Shown piece by piece: positions 62,546-64,000 of a stretch of DNA of 64,000 bases; position 1 is the stretch's first letter, and every line of letters begins with the position of its first letter. The notes under the pieces were generated by a model. It was not told the DNA's origin, did not search any database, and was given only the letters and a program-made list of their open reading frames with translations. The stretch spans positions 1,696,001-1,760,000 of the forward strand of contig OY970178.1 in the NCBI GenBank assembly GCA_963707915.1, given 5' to 3'. Position numbers and translations under genes: made by a program. Origin of the DNA: Candidatus Eiseniibacteriota bacterium (GTDB lineage Bacteria; Eisenbacteria; RBG-16-71-46).

Positions 62546-63552
62546 AGGCGTCGCTGGAGCGGCTGGTCGGCGGCCACGACCTGGCCGAGTCGGAAGCGGC
62601 GGACCTGCTCGCCGCGCTCGCCGCGGACGACTGCCCGCCGGCGATGGCCGGGGCGGTGCTGGCCGCGCTGCGCGCCAAGGGCGAGACCGCCGACGAGCTG
62701 CGCGGCTTCGCGCGCGCGATGCGGCGGCTGGCGCTGCGGCCGGGGCTGCCCGCGGGCAGCCCGCTGGTGGACACCTGCGGGACCGGCGGCGACGACTCCG
62801 GCAGCCTCAACCTCTCGACCGGCGCGGCCCTGCTGGTGAGCGCGTGCGGACTGCGCGTCGCCAAGCACGGCAACCGGTCGGTCTCGAGCCGCACCGGCAG
62901 CGCCGACGTGCTCGAGGCGCTCGGGCTCGGGTTGCCGGCGGCCGGCGGGGCGGCCGGCGAGCTGCTGGCGCGCACCGGGTTCACCTTCCTGTTCGCGCCG
63001 CATTTCCACCCGGCCATGAAGGTGCTGGCGCCGGTGCGCCGCTCGCTCGGCATCCGCACGGTCTTCAACATGCTCGGTCCGCTCACCAACCCCGCCGAAC
63101 CCCCGTACCAGCTGGTGGGCGCCTTCTCGCCGCACGCCGCCGGGCTGATCGCGGAGTCGCTCGCCGGGCTCGTCACCGGGCGGGCATTCGTGGTGCACGG
63201 CAGCCACGGCTGGGACGAGGCCACCCCGGTCGGGCCGTTCCAGCTCTTCGACGTGCGCCCCGGCGGGGTCACGCGCGAGGAGCGCGACCCGGCCGACTAC
63301 GGCGTACCGCGCTGCCGCCCCGCGGACCTGGCCGGCGACGGCGCGGCCTCGAACGCGGCCGCGCTCACCGCGGCGCTCTCGGGCCAGCGCGGCGCCCACC
63401 GCGACGCGCTGGTGCTGGGCGCCGCGCTGGTGCTCGAGCTCACCGGCACGGAGCGCGTGCCGCGCGCGGCCGCCGCCCGCGCCGCCGCCGCCATCGACGA
63501 GGGCCACGCCGCCGCCCTGCTCGCCCGGCTGCGCGGAGCCCCCGATGCGTGA
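62542..63552 (+). CDS. trpD: Anthranilate phosphoribosyltransferase
   Basis: DTCGTGGD..NLST, AKHGNRSVSSRTGSADVLE, RTVFNMLGPLTNP. Confidence 0.95.
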   Translation: MKASLERLVGGHDLAESEAADLLAALAADDCPPAMAGAVLAALRAKGETADELRGFARAMRRLALRPGLPAGSPLVDTCGTGGDDSGSLNLSTGAALLVSACGLRVAKHGNRSVSSRTGSADVLEALGLGLPAAGGAAGELLARTGFTFLFAPHFHPAMKVLAPVRRSLGIRTVFNMLGPLTNPAEPPYQLVGAFSPHAAGLIAESLAGLVTGRAFVVHGSHGWDEATPVGPFQLFDVRPGGVTREERDPADYGVPRCRPADLAGDGAASNAAALTAALSGQRGAHRDALVLGAALVLELTGTERVPRAAAARAAAAIDEGHAAALLARLRGAPDA

Positions 63553-64000
63553 CTTCCTCCAGGCGATGGCGCGCTCGAGCGCCGGCCGCGCGGCCGCCGC
63601 GCGGGCCCGGGAGCCCGAGGCGGCGCTGCGTCGTCGCGCCCTCGCAGCGCCGCCGGCGCCGGCGCTGCGCCTCCACCCGTCGGGCTTCGACCTCGTCGCC
63701 GAGATCAAGCACCGCTCGCCGTCCGCGGGGCGGCTCGCGCCCGCGGGCGCCGAGGACCGCATCGAGGCGCGCGCGCTGGCCTGCGCCCGCGGCGGCGCGG
63801 CCGCCGTGTCGGTGCTCACCGAGCCGGACGCGTTCGACGGCGCGCTCGAGCACCTCGCCCGGGCGGCGCGAGTGCTCCCCGTGCCGGCGCTGCGCAAGGA
63901 CTTCCTGGTCGATCCCTACCAGGTGCTCGAGGCGCGCGCCGCGGGCGCGGGCGGCGTGCTGCTGGTCCTGCGCATCGTGGACGACGCGCAGGCGCACGCG
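63545..64000 (+). CDS. trpC: Indole-3-glycerol phosphate synthase (runs off the window)
   Basis: Manual translation: VAEIKHRSPSAG, VSVLTEP..F.G, LRKDFLVDPYQVLEAR..GAGGVLL. Confidence 0.93.
   Translation, partial: MRDFLQAMARSSAGRAAAARAREPEAALRRRALAAPPAPALRLHPSGFDLVAEIKHRSPSAGRLAPAGAEDRIEARALACARGGAAAVSVLTEPDAFDGALEHLARAARVLPVPALRKDFLVDPYQVLEARAAGAGGVLLVLRIVDDAQAHA

Noticed and set aside
60571..63552. 993-aa TrpE-TrpG-TrpD triple fusion in the ORF track
   Set aside because: Produced by two frameshifts. Each gene has its own RBS and GTGA overlap (61954, 62542), and the TrpG C-terminus lies in another frame.

Overview
Very GC-rich bacterial window (about 70% or more by eye). From left to right it holds: (1) a minus-strand basal-body/export operon (flgB flgC orf fliE fliF fliG fliH fliI fliJ orf fliK flgD flgE, then fliL fliM fliN) next to a sigma54 enhancer-binding response regulator; (2) a plus-strand late cluster flgL, flagellin, flbT, flaF, flgM with sigma28-like promoters; (3) PAS/GAF kinases and a single-domain receiver; (4) a 14 kb probable flagellin/surface glycan modification island with HAD-like proteins, a GT2, methyltransferases, and two convergent genes sharing a near-identical 1.43 kb inverted N-terminal repeat but carrying different C-terminal enzymes; (5) two large hybrid kinases flanking glycogen phosphorylase; (6) an AmmeMemoRadiSam locus with apparent export signals, a membrane spermidine-synthase-like protein and a POT-type transporter; (7) a fused PreT-PreA-like dehydrogenase; (8) a trp operon with a leader-peptide attenuator. 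About ten frameshifts in otherwise intact genes look like assembly indel errors. The most interesting signals are the inverted-repeat domain-swap gene pair, a readable CGGCA-N5-TGCCG/sigma54 regulon linking the glycan island to the flagellum, FlbT/FlaF coexisting with FlgM/sigma28, and the apparently exported radical SAM system. All calls come from reading motifs by eye; no searches were run.
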